Assembly: GCA_028715415.1 (NCBI GenBank)
Contig: JAQURX010000001.1
Location: 154,584 to 218,583 of the forward strand
Source: Candidatus Omnitrophota bacterium
Lineage (GTDB): Bacteria > Omnitrophota > Gorgyraeia > Gygaellales > Profunditerraquicolaceae
Length of the DNA stretch: 64,000 bases
Reading direction: 5' to 3'
Below, in pieces: positions 1 through 9,849 of the stretch; position 1 is the stretch's first letter, and each line of letters starts with the position of its first letter. The notes beneath the pieces are model-generated. The model was given only the letters and a program-made list of their open reading frames with translations, did not search any database and was not told where the DNA came from. A program made the position numbers and the translations under genes.

Positions 1-999
1 GGAAATCACTTGCATTTAGGAATTTTATTTTTTGTTAGTGGTATATTGTCCAGCATCTTAGTTTTAAACGCCCGTAAACGAAGCAGGGTCATTAAAGCGG
101 GTTTTGTTATCGGTATCACTCAGGGTGTATTATTATTTTTTGTAGATTCTTACTGGTCTTTGCCTCAGAAATATTATTTAGGAAGTTATCTGGGTATTAT
201 GGTTAACGGCCTAATTTCTAGTATTATAGTTTTGGGAGTGCTGCCTGTTTTTGAGTATCTTTTTAAAACTGCAACAAACATAAGCCTTTTGGAACTTGCG
301 GATTCAAACCATCCGCTTTTGCAGCGACTTATTATGGAAGCTCCCGGAACATATCATCATAGCCTTATTGTTGGGAATCTTTCGGAGAGCGCTTGCCATG
401 CAATCGGGGCAAATCCATTATTGGCAAGAATCGGCGCTTATTATCACGATATCGGTAAATTGCATAAGCCTGATTATTTCAGCGAGAATCAGAGCATAGA
501 TCATAGCAGGCACGATGAATTAGCTCCTTCAATGAGCAAGCTGGTGATTATGAACCATGTTAAAGAAGGGGTAGAATTAGCTAAGAAATACCATCTTAAT
601 CCGGTTTTATTGGATTTTATTCAGCAACACCATGGCAATAGCCTGGTTTATTATTTCTACAGGCGCGCTCTTGAGAATTTGGAAGAAAAAGACCAGGAAG
701 TGGAAGAAGAAGGTTTTCGTTATCCCGGCCCAAAACCGAATACCAAAGAAACAGCAGTTGTTTTATTGGCTGATTCAGTGGAGGCAGCAACACGCGCGAT
801 GAGGGATCCAAATCCGGCTAAGATTGAGGAAGTGGTGCATAAAATTATAAATAATAAGTTTATCGATGGACAGCTTGATGAGTGCGATTTAACACTAAAA
901 GATTTAGAAAAGATTTCAGCTGTATTTATCAGAATATTGGGCGGCATATATCATAGCCGTGTTTCCTATCCGGAAGAATCCAAAAGTGAATCTAGCTAA
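1..999 (+). CDS. 7TM receptor with intracellular HD hydrolase domain (PgpH/YqfF-like), C-terminal part; ORF is open to the window edge (5' truncated)
   Basis: Several hydrophobic helices followed by an HD motif (HHSLIVGN...YYHDIGK). Position upstream of ybeY matches the conserved phoH-yqfF-ybeY arrangement. Confidence 0.7.
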   Translation, partial: GNHLHLGILFFVSGILSSILVLNARKRSRVIKAGFVIGITQGVLLFFVDSYWSLPQKYYLGSYLGIMVNGLISSIIVLGVLPVFEYLFKTATNISLLELADSNHPLLQRLIMEAPGTYHHSLIVGNLSESACHAIGANPLLARIGAYYHDIGKLHKPDYFSENQSIDHSRHDELAPSMSKLVIMNHVKEGVELAKKYHLNPVLLDFIQQHHGNSLVYYFYRRALENLEEKDQEVEEEGFRYPGPKPNTKETAVVLLADSVEAATRAMRDPNPAKIEEVVHKIINNKFIDGQLDECDLTLKDLEKISAVFIRILGGIYHSRVSYPEESKSESS

Positions 1000-1477
1000 G
1001 AATCCAAGGCACATCAACAACAAAAAGCCTCCTAAAGTATTAACTATAATAATAAGAAATCTACAAAACAAAGTTTTAATTTCATCCCTTGGCATAAAAA
1101 AAGCCGTTCTTTCTACAATAACCTTGTTACAACCGGGAATAAAAGGTGAAATTTCTATTTGTTTTGTAAATGATGAAAAGATCAAGAAATTTAACCGTAA
1201 ATATATAGGCAGTAATTATCCTACGGATGTGATTGCTTTTGATATCTCAGAAGAGAAAAACGTTTTACTATCGGATATCCTAGTTTCTTCTGATGCAGCA
1301 ATCCGTAATGCAAAAACATATGAGACTTCGCCAAAATATGAGCTTTATCTTTATGTGGTCCATGGGGTGTTGCATCTTTTGGGTTTTGATGATAAGACCG
1401 TAAAGGAACGGGATTTAATGCAGAAGAAAGCTGAAACAATTCTACTAAGATTGGGTCTAAAGAATGTCAATACATAA
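959..1477 (+). CDS. ybeY: rRNA maturation endoribonuclease YbeY
   Basis: Conserved H-x3-H-x5-H zinc motif (VVHGVLHLLGFDD). Size is right after trimming the N-terminal overlap with the upstream gene; the true start is probably downstream of 959. Confidence 0.8.
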   Translation: MFPIRKNPKVNLAKNPRHINNKKPPKVLTIIIRNLQNKVLISSLGIKKAVLSTITLLQPGIKGEISICFVNDEKIKKFNRKYIGSNYPTDVIAFDISEEKNVLLSDILVSSDAAIRNAKTYETSPKYELYLYVVHGVLHLLGFDDKTVKERDLMQKKAETILLRLGLKNVNT

Positions 1478-2231
1478 GACTGAAGCTTTAGTTTTAAGAA
1501 AGCGAGATTTTCGGGAAACTTCAATAATCGCTGAGTTTTTTACAAGAGATTACGGAAAGATTAACGGTATCTTAAAAGGCATCAGAAATACCCCGGGTAA
1601 ATTTGCTAGCGACATTGAGCCGTTTTCTCACAATGAAATTATTTTTTATAAAAGCAGAAGTTCGTCATTGCATTTGGTCAGCCAAGCCGATAAAAAGAAC
1701 CATTTCGCCCCGATCAGGCAGCATATTGTAAAAACCGGGATGAGTGGTTTTATGATGGAGCTAATCGGCGCCGTAATGCAGGAAGAAGATAAGAATGAGG
1801 AAGTGTTTGATTTAGGGTTAAATTGCCTTAGCGAATTAAGCTTAACGAGCAACCCGGAAAAAGTAATGACTATTTTTAAGATTAAAATGTTATCGCTATC
1901 CGGTTTTAAGCCGCATTTTGATTCCTGCGTTTCATGTTCGCAGAAAGTATCCGGCCAGGCAAAGTTTAGCCTTATGTTAGGAGGGCTTTTGTGTCCCAAG
2001 TGCAGCCATAAAGATTCCTCGTGCCGTATGATTTTCCGGGGAACGATAGCTTCTATTTTACATATTGAAAGAAATGATTTCCGGAGTAATCTTAATCTAG
2101 GATTAAACCCGCAGATAAAAAAAGAATTGGATATGATATTGAATGCATTTTTAAATTTTCATCTTGAGCGGGAATTAAAATCGCAGAAGGTTTTAAATAA
2201 ACTGGAAAACTTCTCTTTGGCTGTTAAATAG
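1464..2231 (+). CDS. recO: DNA repair protein RecO
   Basis: N-terminal OB-fold signature (EALVLRKRDFRETS...GILKG). C-terminal Cys4 zinc finger (CVSC...CPKC). Confidence 0.8.
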   Translation: MSIHKTEALVLRKRDFRETSIIAEFFTRDYGKINGILKGIRNTPGKFASDIEPFSHNEIIFYKSRSSSLHLVSQADKKNHFAPIRQHIVKTGMSGFMMELIGAVMQEEDKNEEVFDLGLNCLSELSLTSNPEKVMTIFKIKMLSLSGFKPHFDSCVSCSQKVSGQAKFSLMLGGLLCPKCSHKDSSCRMIFRGTIASILHIERNDFRSNLNLGLNPQIKKELDMILNAFLNFHLERELKSQKVLNKLENFSLAVK

Positions 2232-2248
2232 CCGGATAGGGAGGAAAT

Positions 2249-3187
2249 ATGAAGATTGTTATTGTTGGCCCCGGAGCAATGGGTTGTTTGTTCGCAGCTT
2301 TTTTAGCCCAGAAGACTAAAGAGGAAATTTGGCTGCTTGATAAGAATAAAGAGCGGGCGCAGAGGATTAATCAAAGCGGTGTAATGGTTGAAGGGCTTTC
2401 AGGGAATTGGCAAATTAAGGTAAAGGCTACTGCTGACGCCAAAGAGATTGGTAAGGCTGATTTAGTAATGATTTGTGTCAAATCATATGATACAAAAGAA
2501 GCAATCACGGAAGCCAAGACGCTTTTTACCGATAAGACCGCCGTTGTTACTTTGCAAAATGGGATAGGAAATCTTGAGATTATTGGTGAGGTTGTTGGGG
2601 ATGCGGATATGGTGATTGCCGGTACGACAAATCTAGGCTCAACCTTGATAAGCGAAGGAAAGGTCAGGTTTGCCGGTAAAGGTGAGACGGCGATTGGTCG
2701 TCTTGATGGAAAAACTCCGGTTGAGATGCGTTTAATTCGTGAGATTTTTAATAAAATTGGTTTTGAAACTAAAATCTCCCGTGATATTAAAGGGCTCTTG
2801 TGGTCTAAGTTAATTATCAATGTTGGGATTAATCCACTTACTGCTGTTACGCGCCTTAATAACGGAGGGCTTATGGAATTTGAGGGAACGCGTAAAGTTT
2901 TAAGAGAGGCTGTTACTGAAGCGGTTCGCATCGCAAAGAGAAAAAGGATAAAGTTGATTTTTGATGACCCTTTGGCAAAGGTTGAAGCGGTTTGTGAGGC
3001 AACTGCAGCTAACGTATCAAGTATGCTTCAAGATGTTCTGCGTAAAAAACGCACGGAGATAGATTTCATTAATGGAGTCATTGTAAGGTTGGGCCAGGAA
3101 TTAGGCATCTCTGTCCCGGCAAATTCAATGTTGGTTGATTTAGTTAAGACTATTGAGGCAAGTTATAATTTTGCGGTAGAAAGATAG
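2249..3187 (+). CDS. panE: 2-dehydropantoate 2-reductase (ketopantoate reductase)
   Basis: N-terminal Rossmann motif (MKIVIVGPGAMG). ApbA/PanE-like length and C-terminal domain. Confidence 0.75.
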   Translation: MKIVIVGPGAMGCLFAAFLAQKTKEEIWLLDKNKERAQRINQSGVMVEGLSGNWQIKVKATADAKEIGKADLVMICVKSYDTKEAITEAKTLFTDKTAVVTLQNGIGNLEIIGEVVGDADMVIAGTTNLGSTLISEGKVRFAGKGETAIGRLDGKTPVEMRLIREIFNKIGFETKISRDIKGLLWSKLIINVGINPLTAVTRLNNGGLMEFEGTRKVLREAVTEAVRIAKRKRIKLIFDDPLAKVEAVCEATAANVSSMLQDVLRKKRTEIDFINGVIVRLGQELGISVPANSMLVDLVKTIEASYNFAVER

Positions 3188-3246
3188 TATATCAATAGTT
3201 TAATGAATCTGCCGTCTTTTCTCGTTCAAATTAGACTTTGCTTTAT

Positions 3247-3633
3247 GGTTTTCGCTTCCGTGCACTCAAAAATTTTTGCCGTCGGCTGCGGTTTATCCCC
3301 TTCGGGGATTTCGCCAGTAGGATTGTATAGGGGCTCAACGTCGTCGCTTCGGCTTAGCGTTCTTAAAAAAAAGCCGTCCTACGCTCCTCGTAAATCCTTT
3401 CCGACATTTGCCAAAAATTTTCTAATGTGCCTCCAGCAAAAACCATAAAGCTATAACAGTTTGCATAGTAATAAGCGTTTCAGCGGATGCCTTGGCTTGA
3501 TTCTCGCAGCATGTAGTTTGTGCGAGCGGCCATGGTTCACCCGCTATAAACTCCAGTGAGAGCGAGCGCAAACTCCAAGCGAGTCCCGCCACGGTGGGGC
3601 GGGACGAGCGGTGCTGCGAGAACAAGACAAGGC
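3247..3633 (+). repeat. Intergenic repeat element copy A; conserved core blocks interrupted by two insertions, including a GC-rich ~160 bp structured segment
   Basis: Shares ordered blocks with 60791..60990: tttttgccgt, cgtcgcttcggcttagcgttct, cgctcctcgtaaat, gccaaaaatNttctaatgtgcctNcagcaaaaacNataaa, gagaaacaagacaaggca. Confidence 0.6.
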
Positions 3634-3659
3634 AGACGCGAAAGTAATAGGTAAATTAA

Positions 3660-4496
3660 ATGTATTCCCCAAAAATAAGAAAACTACTCATAATATTCCT
3701 CATTATCGGTTGGGCGGGAACTGCTGTTTTTTTAAGTTCGCGTAAACCGGTTAAGCCTAAATCGTTGACTAGCCCGGATGTATCAATATCATCTATTAAT
3801 TCCAAGAGAACTGTTGAGCTGCTAAGTGAAGCTATTGCGTGCTTGAAGCTGCGTAAGGACAATGAAGGATTAGCGCTTTTTAATGAAGTCCTTGCAATGG
3901 ATCCTTTTAACCTGGATGCCCTTTGGGGAAAAGCAGAGATAATGAGAAGAAGGCATAAATATTCTGCTTCGGAGGAAATCCTAAAAAGGGTGATTGACGA
4001 GAATCCTACTCACGCTCCATCCTTAGTTACACTTGCTTATATAAAATATAGTGATAATAAAATAAACGAAGCTTTGGAATTAACTAATCAGGTGATTAAA
4101 AGAGGCAGTGATGATAAGGATGATATAGCGCTTGCTTATATGATGCTTGGCGCAATTAATAGCAAGCGATGTTCTGATGGATGGCTGTTCGGTAAGATTA
4201 AATATGGGACACAGATAAAACGGAATTTCGAAAAGGCTAAAGAAATTTCTCCTGACTTATCTGAAACGCATCTTTGTATGGGGACATTTTATTTAAAAGC
4301 GCCGGCTATCGCCGGAGGAGACCTTGATAAAGCAATTGAAGAACTTAATATCGCTTATAAAATGACTCCTGATTTTGCAACAGTCAATGTGCGGCTTGCC
4401 CAGGCATATAAGAAAAAGGGTGATTTGGATAAGTACAATTATTACCTAAAGCGGGCAAAGGAATTAGATCCTGAGAATGAGTTTTTAAATGAATAG
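3660..4496 (+). CDS. Membrane-anchored TPR-repeat protein
   Basis: N-terminal TM helix. Multiple TPR-like repeats (AxxxY/NP motifs). Confidence 0.55.
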   Translation: MYSPKIRKLLIIFLIIGWAGTAVFLSSRKPVKPKSLTSPDVSISSINSKRTVELLSEAIACLKLRKDNEGLALFNEVLAMDPFNLDALWGKAEIMRRRHKYSASEEILKRVIDENPTHAPSLVTLAYIKYSDNKINEALELTNQVIKRGSDDKDDIALAYMMLGAINSKRCSDGWLFGKIKYGTQIKRNFEKAKEISPDLSETHLCMGTFYLKAPAIAGGDLDKAIEELNIAYKMTPDFATVNVRLAQAYKKKGDLDKYNYYLKRAKELDPENEFLNE

Positions 4497-4505
4497 GGTA
4501 GATTA

Positions 4506-6212
4506 ATGCTTAATTTAGAGATTGCTCAGATTTTCCATGATATTGCCGATATTTTAGAGATTAAAGGAGAGAATGTTTTCCGTATTCGCGCCTATCAAAG
4601 AGCAGCGCAAACTATAGAAAGCATTCCCAATATAGAAAATTTTATCAAACAGGATAGGCTAACTGATATTGCTGGTATCGGGAAAGATCTTTCAGATCGG
4701 ATTAAAGAGTATGCTCAGACGGGTAAAATCAAGATGCTCGAGGATTTGAAAAAGAGCATTCCTGAAGGATTGCTTGATTTATTAAATATCCCTTCGGTAG
4801 GCCCTAAGACTGCAAAGCTCTTGTATGAGAAGTTAAAGATAAAAAGTATTTCTGATTTGGAAAATGCGATAAGAAAAGGGAGATTAAAGGGTATTTTTGG
4901 GATTAAAGATAAGACTGTTGAAAATATTGTTAAAGGAATTGAAATATTAAAAAGAGGCAGAGAAAGGTTAACGCTTGCCGAGGCAATGGTGGTTGGCAAT
5001 GAGTTTGTAAAGGAACTGAAAAACTTGTCGCAGGTTAAAAGCATATCAGTAGCCGGGTCTTTGCGCCGTAAAAAAGAAACAATCCGAGATATTGATATCC
5101 TTGTAATCTCAGATAATCCAAAGAAAGTTATGGATTCTTTTGTAAAGATCCCATCAGTCAGGGATATCCAGGCTTTTGGAGATACAAAGGCATCAATTCG
5201 CACTAAAGACGACGTGCAGGTAGATTGCCGGGTTGTTGAGAATAAATCTTTTGGCGCAGCCCTTTTATATTTTACCGGGTCAAAGAGCTTTAATATTAAG
5301 CTCCGCCAGTTGGCTATAAAAAAGGGTTTAAAGATAAATGAATATGGGGTATTTAAGAAAGATAAGTTTATAGGCGGGAAAACAGAAGAAGAGATCTTTA
5401 AACTTTTGGATTTATCATATATTGAGCCTGAATTAAGGGAGAATACAGGGGAAATTGAGTTTGCCCGCGAGAATAAGTTACCAAAACTAATTGAGCAAAA
5501 AGACATAAAAGGCGATTTGCACTCGCATTCAAGCTGGTCTGATGGATTAAATTCTATTGAAGAGATGGCGCAAGCTGCTAGAAAGCTCGGGTATTCTTAT
5601 ATGGCAATAACGGATCACTCTCAAAGTTTAAAGGTTGCCCGGGGGTTAAGTATCGCTGATGTAAAGAAGAAAAAAGAGGAAATTGAGAGAATAAATAAAA
5701 ATTTAAATGGTTTTAGAATTTTATTTGGCACAGAAGTTGATATTGATTCTCAGGGAAAGCTTGATTATCCCGATAGTATATTAAAAGAATTTGAAATAGT
5801 AATTGGAGCGATACATACGGGGTTTAAGCAAACACAAGCCCAGTTAACCAAAAGGATAGTGAGTGCTTGCAAAAATAAATATGTCCACATAATTGCGCAT
5901 CCTACCGGAAGGCTTTGGGGAGTGCGTGAAGCATATCCAATAGATTTAGAGGAGATATTGAAAGTAGCCAAACAGACAAATACTGCTTTGGAGATAAATG
6001 CTTTTCCTCAGCGCCTGGATTTGAATGATAGTGGTTGCCGGATGGCAAAAGAAATAGGGGTCAAAATCGCAATTGATACCGACTCTCATGCCTGCGATCA
6101 GCTTTCTGCGATGCAATTTGGCGTTGCCGTAGCAAGAAGAGCCTGGCTGTCTAAAGAGGATGTAGTAAATACTTTGCCGCTTGAAAAGCTGTTAAAGTTA
6201 GTAAAGAAATAG
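4506..6212 (+). CDS. DNA polymerase X family protein with C-terminal PHP phosphoesterase domain (PolX)
   Basis: Pol beta-like helix-hairpin-helix and nucleotidyltransferase motifs (GS..R.KETIRDIDIL). C-terminal PHP histidine motifs (HSHSSWSDG, ITDH). Confidence 0.85.
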   Translation: MLNLEIAQIFHDIADILEIKGENVFRIRAYQRAAQTIESIPNIENFIKQDRLTDIAGIGKDLSDRIKEYAQTGKIKMLEDLKKSIPEGLLDLLNIPSVGPKTAKLLYEKLKIKSISDLENAIRKGRLKGIFGIKDKTVENIVKGIEILKRGRERLTLAEAMVVGNEFVKELKNLSQVKSISVAGSLRRKKETIRDIDILVISDNPKKVMDSFVKIPSVRDIQAFGDTKASIRTKDDVQVDCRVVENKSFGAALLYFTGSKSFNIKLRQLAIKKGLKINEYGVFKKDKFIGGKTEEEIFKLLDLSYIEPELRENTGEIEFARENKLPKLIEQKDIKGDLHSHSSWSDGLNSIEEMAQAARKLGYSYMAITDHSQSLKVARGLSIADVKKKKEEIERINKNLNGFRILFGTEVDIDSQGKLDYPDSILKEFEIVIGAIHTGFKQTQAQLTKRIVSACKNKYVHIIAHPTGRLWGVREAYPIDLEEILKVAKQTNTALEINAFPQRLDLNDSGCRMAKEIGVKIAIDTDSHACDQLSAMQFGVAVARRAWLSKEDVVNTLPLEKLLKLVKK

Positions 6213-6219
6213 AATAGCT

Positions 6220-7176
6220 ATGGGGCATAAGATTCAAGAGCGCAAGGCACAAGTAAAACTTGTGTTTCTCGTTTTGTTCTTACTAGTTTTAAACGGTTGT
6301 CATAATAAGCCTCTTTACAAAGATACGCAGATAATGATGGGCACCTTCGTGGAGGTAGTTTCTCCTGAAAAAGATGCCTCTAGGGTTGTATTTGCGGAAA
6401 TAAAAAGAGTTGAAGATCTATTAAGTAAATATAAACCGAATAGCGAAGTATCGATTTTAAACAGAGCCTCTGAGCTGAAAGTAAGTCCAGAGACATTTTA
6501 TATACTTAAGAAATCCAAAGAATTCTATATTTTAAGTAATGGAGCTTTTGATATCACAACTGCTCCTCTTTCTGATTTATGGGGTTTTACTCATAAGAAA
6601 TACATCCTCCCGAAGAGGTTCCGGATTACAGATACTTTAAAATTAGTCGGATCAGATAAAATTGAATTGAATGATTCTGTTAATGTGGTAAAATTTAAAC
6701 TTTCAGGGATGAAAATTGATTTAGGCGGTATTGCCAAAGGCTATGCTTTGGATTGCGCTGTTAATAAGTTAAAAGAAGCAGGAATTAATAGTTGTTTAAT
6801 TAACATCGGCGGGCAAGTTTATTGTTTAGGAAAGAGATTTGGAAAGCCTTGGCGTATTGTTGTTCGCGATGATAAGAATAGTAAATCTTCTGAAATCCTA
6901 GAAATTGAAGATAAGTCTGTTGCTACTTCGGGTGATTATGAACAATTCTTTGAAGTTGGCAAGAAGCGATATTCGCATATATTTAATCCTAAGTCAGGTT
7001 ATCCGGCTGATTTAGGGGTTATTTCAGCAACAATTATTGCTCCTTCTGGGTTAACTGCTGATGCCTTGTCAACAGCGGTATTTGTTTTAGGAAAAGATAA
7101 AGGCCAGCTGTTAGTAAAAAAGTTTCCTGGAGTTTCAGCGAGGATTACAGAGAAAAACATAAATAAAAGAGAGTGA
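6220..7176 (+). CDS. apbE: FAD:protein FMN transferase (ApbE family) lipoprotein
   Basis: Lipobox LVLNGC. ApbE signature DLGGIAKGYA. The true start is probably a few codons downstream of 6220, after a REP-like hairpin. Confidence 0.75.
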   Translation: MGHKIQERKAQVKLVFLVLFLLVLNGCHNKPLYKDTQIMMGTFVEVVSPEKDASRVVFAEIKRVEDLLSKYKPNSEVSILNRASELKVSPETFYILKKSKEFYILSNGAFDITTAPLSDLWGFTHKKYILPKRFRITDTLKLVGSDKIELNDSVNVVKFKLSGMKIDLGGIAKGYALDCAVNKLKEAGINSCLINIGGQVYCLGKRFGKPWRIVVRDDKNSKSSEILEIEDKSVATSGDYEQFFEVGKKRYSHIFNPKSGYPADLGVISATIIAPSGLTADALSTAVFVLGKDKGQLLVKKFPGVSARITEKNINKRE

Positions 7177-7185
7177 GGAATTATT

Positions 7186-8157
7186 ATGTATGAGACATTT
7201 GTGTATCATCGTCAGAATGGGCTAAAGATGGATGTTAGCCGCGAAGAAATCAAGGACGCTGTTAAAGATGAAAATAGTTTTATTTGGGTTGATATGAAGG
7301 ATATTGACGATGAGGATATTGACATACTTACTGAGACTTTTAATCTCCACCCTCTTACCATAGAAGATTTTATTATGACCAATGCAAGGCCTAAGATTGA
7401 AAACTTTAAGGATTATTTCTTTCTTATCATGTTTTCTATGGAATCGCATGATAGAGCGCGCGGAAGAATTAATACTGCTGAATTGGATTGTTGCTTAGGG
7501 AAGAATTTCCTTGTTACGGTTCATAATAATGGTATTGTCCCATTGGCTACGATTAAAGACCGATTAAGAAAAAATTCTCCAATTATAAGAAATAACGGTG
7601 ATTTTTTTCTCTATGCGATATTAGATTGTATGGTTGATAGTTATTTCCCTATTGTAAACGAGTTTGATAATATGGTTGACGAAATGAGTGATGAATTATT
7701 TAAAGACCCAACCAATGAAACGCTTAGGAAAATTTACATGCTTAAAAATGAAATTATGTATTTACGCAGGACTATCGGCCCACAGGCTGATGTAATTAAT
7801 TTAATAACCCGTAGTGAATTCCCATTTATTTCTCCGGCAAGTGCTGTTTATTATAGGAATATTTATGATAATCTTGTGCGTCTTAATGATATTGTAGGAA
7901 CTTCAAGAGATGTTGTTACAGGAGCTATGGAAGCGTATGTTTCAGTAGTGTCCAACAGGCTAAATGAAATTATGAAGACTCTGACAGTTATTGCGACAAT
8001 TGCTATGCCTCTTACCCTTGTTGCAAGCATCTATGGGATGAATTTTAAGCATATGCCGGAGCTTTCTAGTAAATATGGGTATCCTATGGTAATCGGGATT
8101 ATGGTGCTAATAGGTGGGTCAATGATATTTTATTTTAAAAAGAGAAAATGGATTTAA
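7186..8157 (+). CDS. corA: Magnesium/cobalt transporter CorA
   Basis: C-terminal two TM helices with the YGMNF signature. Confidence 0.85.
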   Translation: MYETFVYHRQNGLKMDVSREEIKDAVKDENSFIWVDMKDIDDEDIDILTETFNLHPLTIEDFIMTNARPKIENFKDYFFLIMFSMESHDRARGRINTAELDCCLGKNFLVTVHNNGIVPLATIKDRLRKNSPIIRNNGDFFLYAILDCMVDSYFPIVNEFDNMVDEMSDELFKDPTNETLRKIYMLKNEIMYLRRTIGPQADVINLITRSEFPFISPASAVYYRNIYDNLVRLNDIVGTSRDVVTGAMEAYVSVVSNRLNEIMKTLTVIATIAMPLTLVASIYGMNFKHMPELSSKYGYPMVIGIMVLIGGSMIFYFKKRKWI

Positions 8158-8170
8158 AGAGGTAAAACTT

Positions 8171-9001
8171 ATGGAAAAAAAGATTTCGGTAAATGATATT
8201 TTATCGTTAAAAGGCAAGAGAAAAATTACTATGCTTACTGCTTATGATTATCCCTTAGCTTTATTGGAAGATAGGGCTGGGATTGATATTATTTTGGTTG
8301 GGGACTCAGTGGCAAATGTTGTTTTGGGCTTGGATTCAACTACTAAAGTTGGCATGAATGAAATGTTGCATCATGCTAAAGCTGTAACGCGTGCCGTAAA
8401 GCAATCTCTTGTTATAGGTGATATGCCGTTTGATTCTTATCAGGTAAATCCTCAGGAATCTATGAAGAATGCCGCTAGGTTTATAAATGAGGCAAAATGC
8501 GACGCCATAAAATTAGAATGGTTTGATAAATGTATTGAGGTTGCGCAGGGAATAGTTAAGTCAGGTATTCCTGTCATGGGCCATATTGGCTTAACTCCTC
8601 AGACTGTAGATAAAATAGGTGGTTTTAAAGTCCAAGGTAAAGATGCCGAGGCTGCCAAGAGATTGATTGAGCAGGCAGTGGGATTAGAAAAGGTAGGTTG
8701 TTTTTCTATCGTCCTTGAATGCGTTCCGGATAAGATTGCAGAGCTTATTACGAATAAGTTAAAAATACCCACAATCGGGATTGGCGCAGGCAAATATTGC
8801 GATGGTCAAGTTTTGGTAGTAAATGATCTTTTAGGATTGTTTGACCGCTTTACTCCTAAATTTGTCAAGAAGTACGTTAATCTTTCTCCCCTAATAACAG
8901 AAGCTTTTGAAACTTATAAGAGAGAAGTGTTGGAAGAAAAATTTCCCCAATCAGAGCACAGTTTTACCATTAAAGAGGAAGAATTAAAAAAAATTCAGTA
9001 G
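8171..9001 (+). CDS. panB: 3-methyl-2-oxobutanoate hydroxymethyltransferase
   Basis: PanB motifs (KITMLTAYDY, ILVGDS, GIGAG). Confidence 0.85.
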   Translation: MEKKISVNDILSLKGKRKITMLTAYDYPLALLEDRAGIDIILVGDSVANVVLGLDSTTKVGMNEMLHHAKAVTRAVKQSLVIGDMPFDSYQVNPQESMKNAARFINEAKCDAIKLEWFDKCIEVAQGIVKSGIPVMGHIGLTPQTVDKIGGFKVQGKDAEAAKRLIEQAVGLEKVGCFSIVLECVPDKIAELITNKLKIPTIGIGAGKYCDGQVLVVNDLLGLFDRFTPKFVKKYVNLSPLITEAFETYKREVLEEKFPQSEHSFTIKEEELKKIQ

Positions 9002-9015
9002 TGTTTGCTTGAGTT

Positions 9016-9735
9016 ATGAAAAAGAAAACAACATTTAAGGTTATCGTTGCTATTATCTTTATCGTTCTTGGCGTATTGTTTGTTGCAAGATTTGCTGGCC
9101 CGGAGGTGTTACGGGCCTATATTCGAAGCGGTATTGGGGATTGTGAACAAATCCCTATTTTATGCAGGGCTCCGGATGGCAATGTAATCCGCGGTTCCAT
9201 TAATAAGGAATACTATGATCAATTGCGTCCTTTTAGATTCGCCAAGATGGAAATCTTTGCGCCAAAGAATTTCAATGTTATACAAGAAAAGATTAAACGG
9301 CTTTCATATAAAAAGCATCCTCGTTGGCAAAAGTCAGCTTCAATTTATATTCTTCATGAAAATAAGGATTATTTTATAAATTTGTTTCCCCAGTTAAGAA
9401 AAGCAGGCATTAATAACGATCAAGTATATATTGAGAGGCTAATGAATGCTAAATTGCCTGAGGTGAATAATCTTGTAGATGCATTTTTTGTAATTATGAA
9501 AGGGATTTTCACCCCGGATGTCGGTAATCAGAAGACGGTGCTGATGAAGCGTTTCGTAATAGAAGATAAAAGAGGTTTTATTAATTATAATATAGGCCCG
9601 GTTAATAATTATTTTGATTGCAATTTCTTTGATGATAACGGAGCTTATTTTAAAGTTTACATAAAAGACATAGGTGCAAAGCTTGACCTGGAAAAGGTTT
9701 TGACAATAGTCTCCAGCGTAAGGGAAGCAGATTGA
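9016..9735 (+). CDS. Hypothetical membrane-anchored protein
   Basis: N-terminal TM/signal anchor. No recognisable motifs. Confidence 0.35.
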   Translation: MKKKTTFKVIVAIIFIVLGVLFVARFAGPEVLRAYIRSGIGDCEQIPILCRAPDGNVIRGSINKEYYDQLRPFRFAKMEIFAPKNFNVIQEKIKRLSYKKHPRWQKSASIYILHENKDYFINLFPQLRKAGINNDQVYIERLMNAKLPEVNNLVDAFFVIMKGIFTPDVGNQKTVLMKRFVIEDKRGFINYNIGPVNNYFDCNFFDDNGAYFKVYIKDIGAKLDLEKVLTIVSSVREAD

Positions 9736-9849
9736 ATTAGCTTGACTTTTTATTCAATCTGCGCTAATAATAATAATCTATTTATTCCGGTACAAATCAT
9801 TATGTAGTGGAAAGGGTTGGAGGTTTTTTGTTTCATGGAAGTTAATTTG

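Noticed and set aside
10-999. Treating Met at position 10 as the true start of the first gene
   Set aside because: The reading frame is open to nucleotide 1. The PgpH-like family has a large extracellular domain and 7 TM helices N-terminal to the HD domain, so the gene almost certainly begins upstream of the window.
3203-3625. ORFs 3203..3448 (+) and 3422..3625 (-) between panE and the TPR gene
   Set aside because: They lie entirely within the GC-rich repeat element. Their codon composition is atypical and they have no RBS. This is more likely non-coding repeat or ncRNA sequence.
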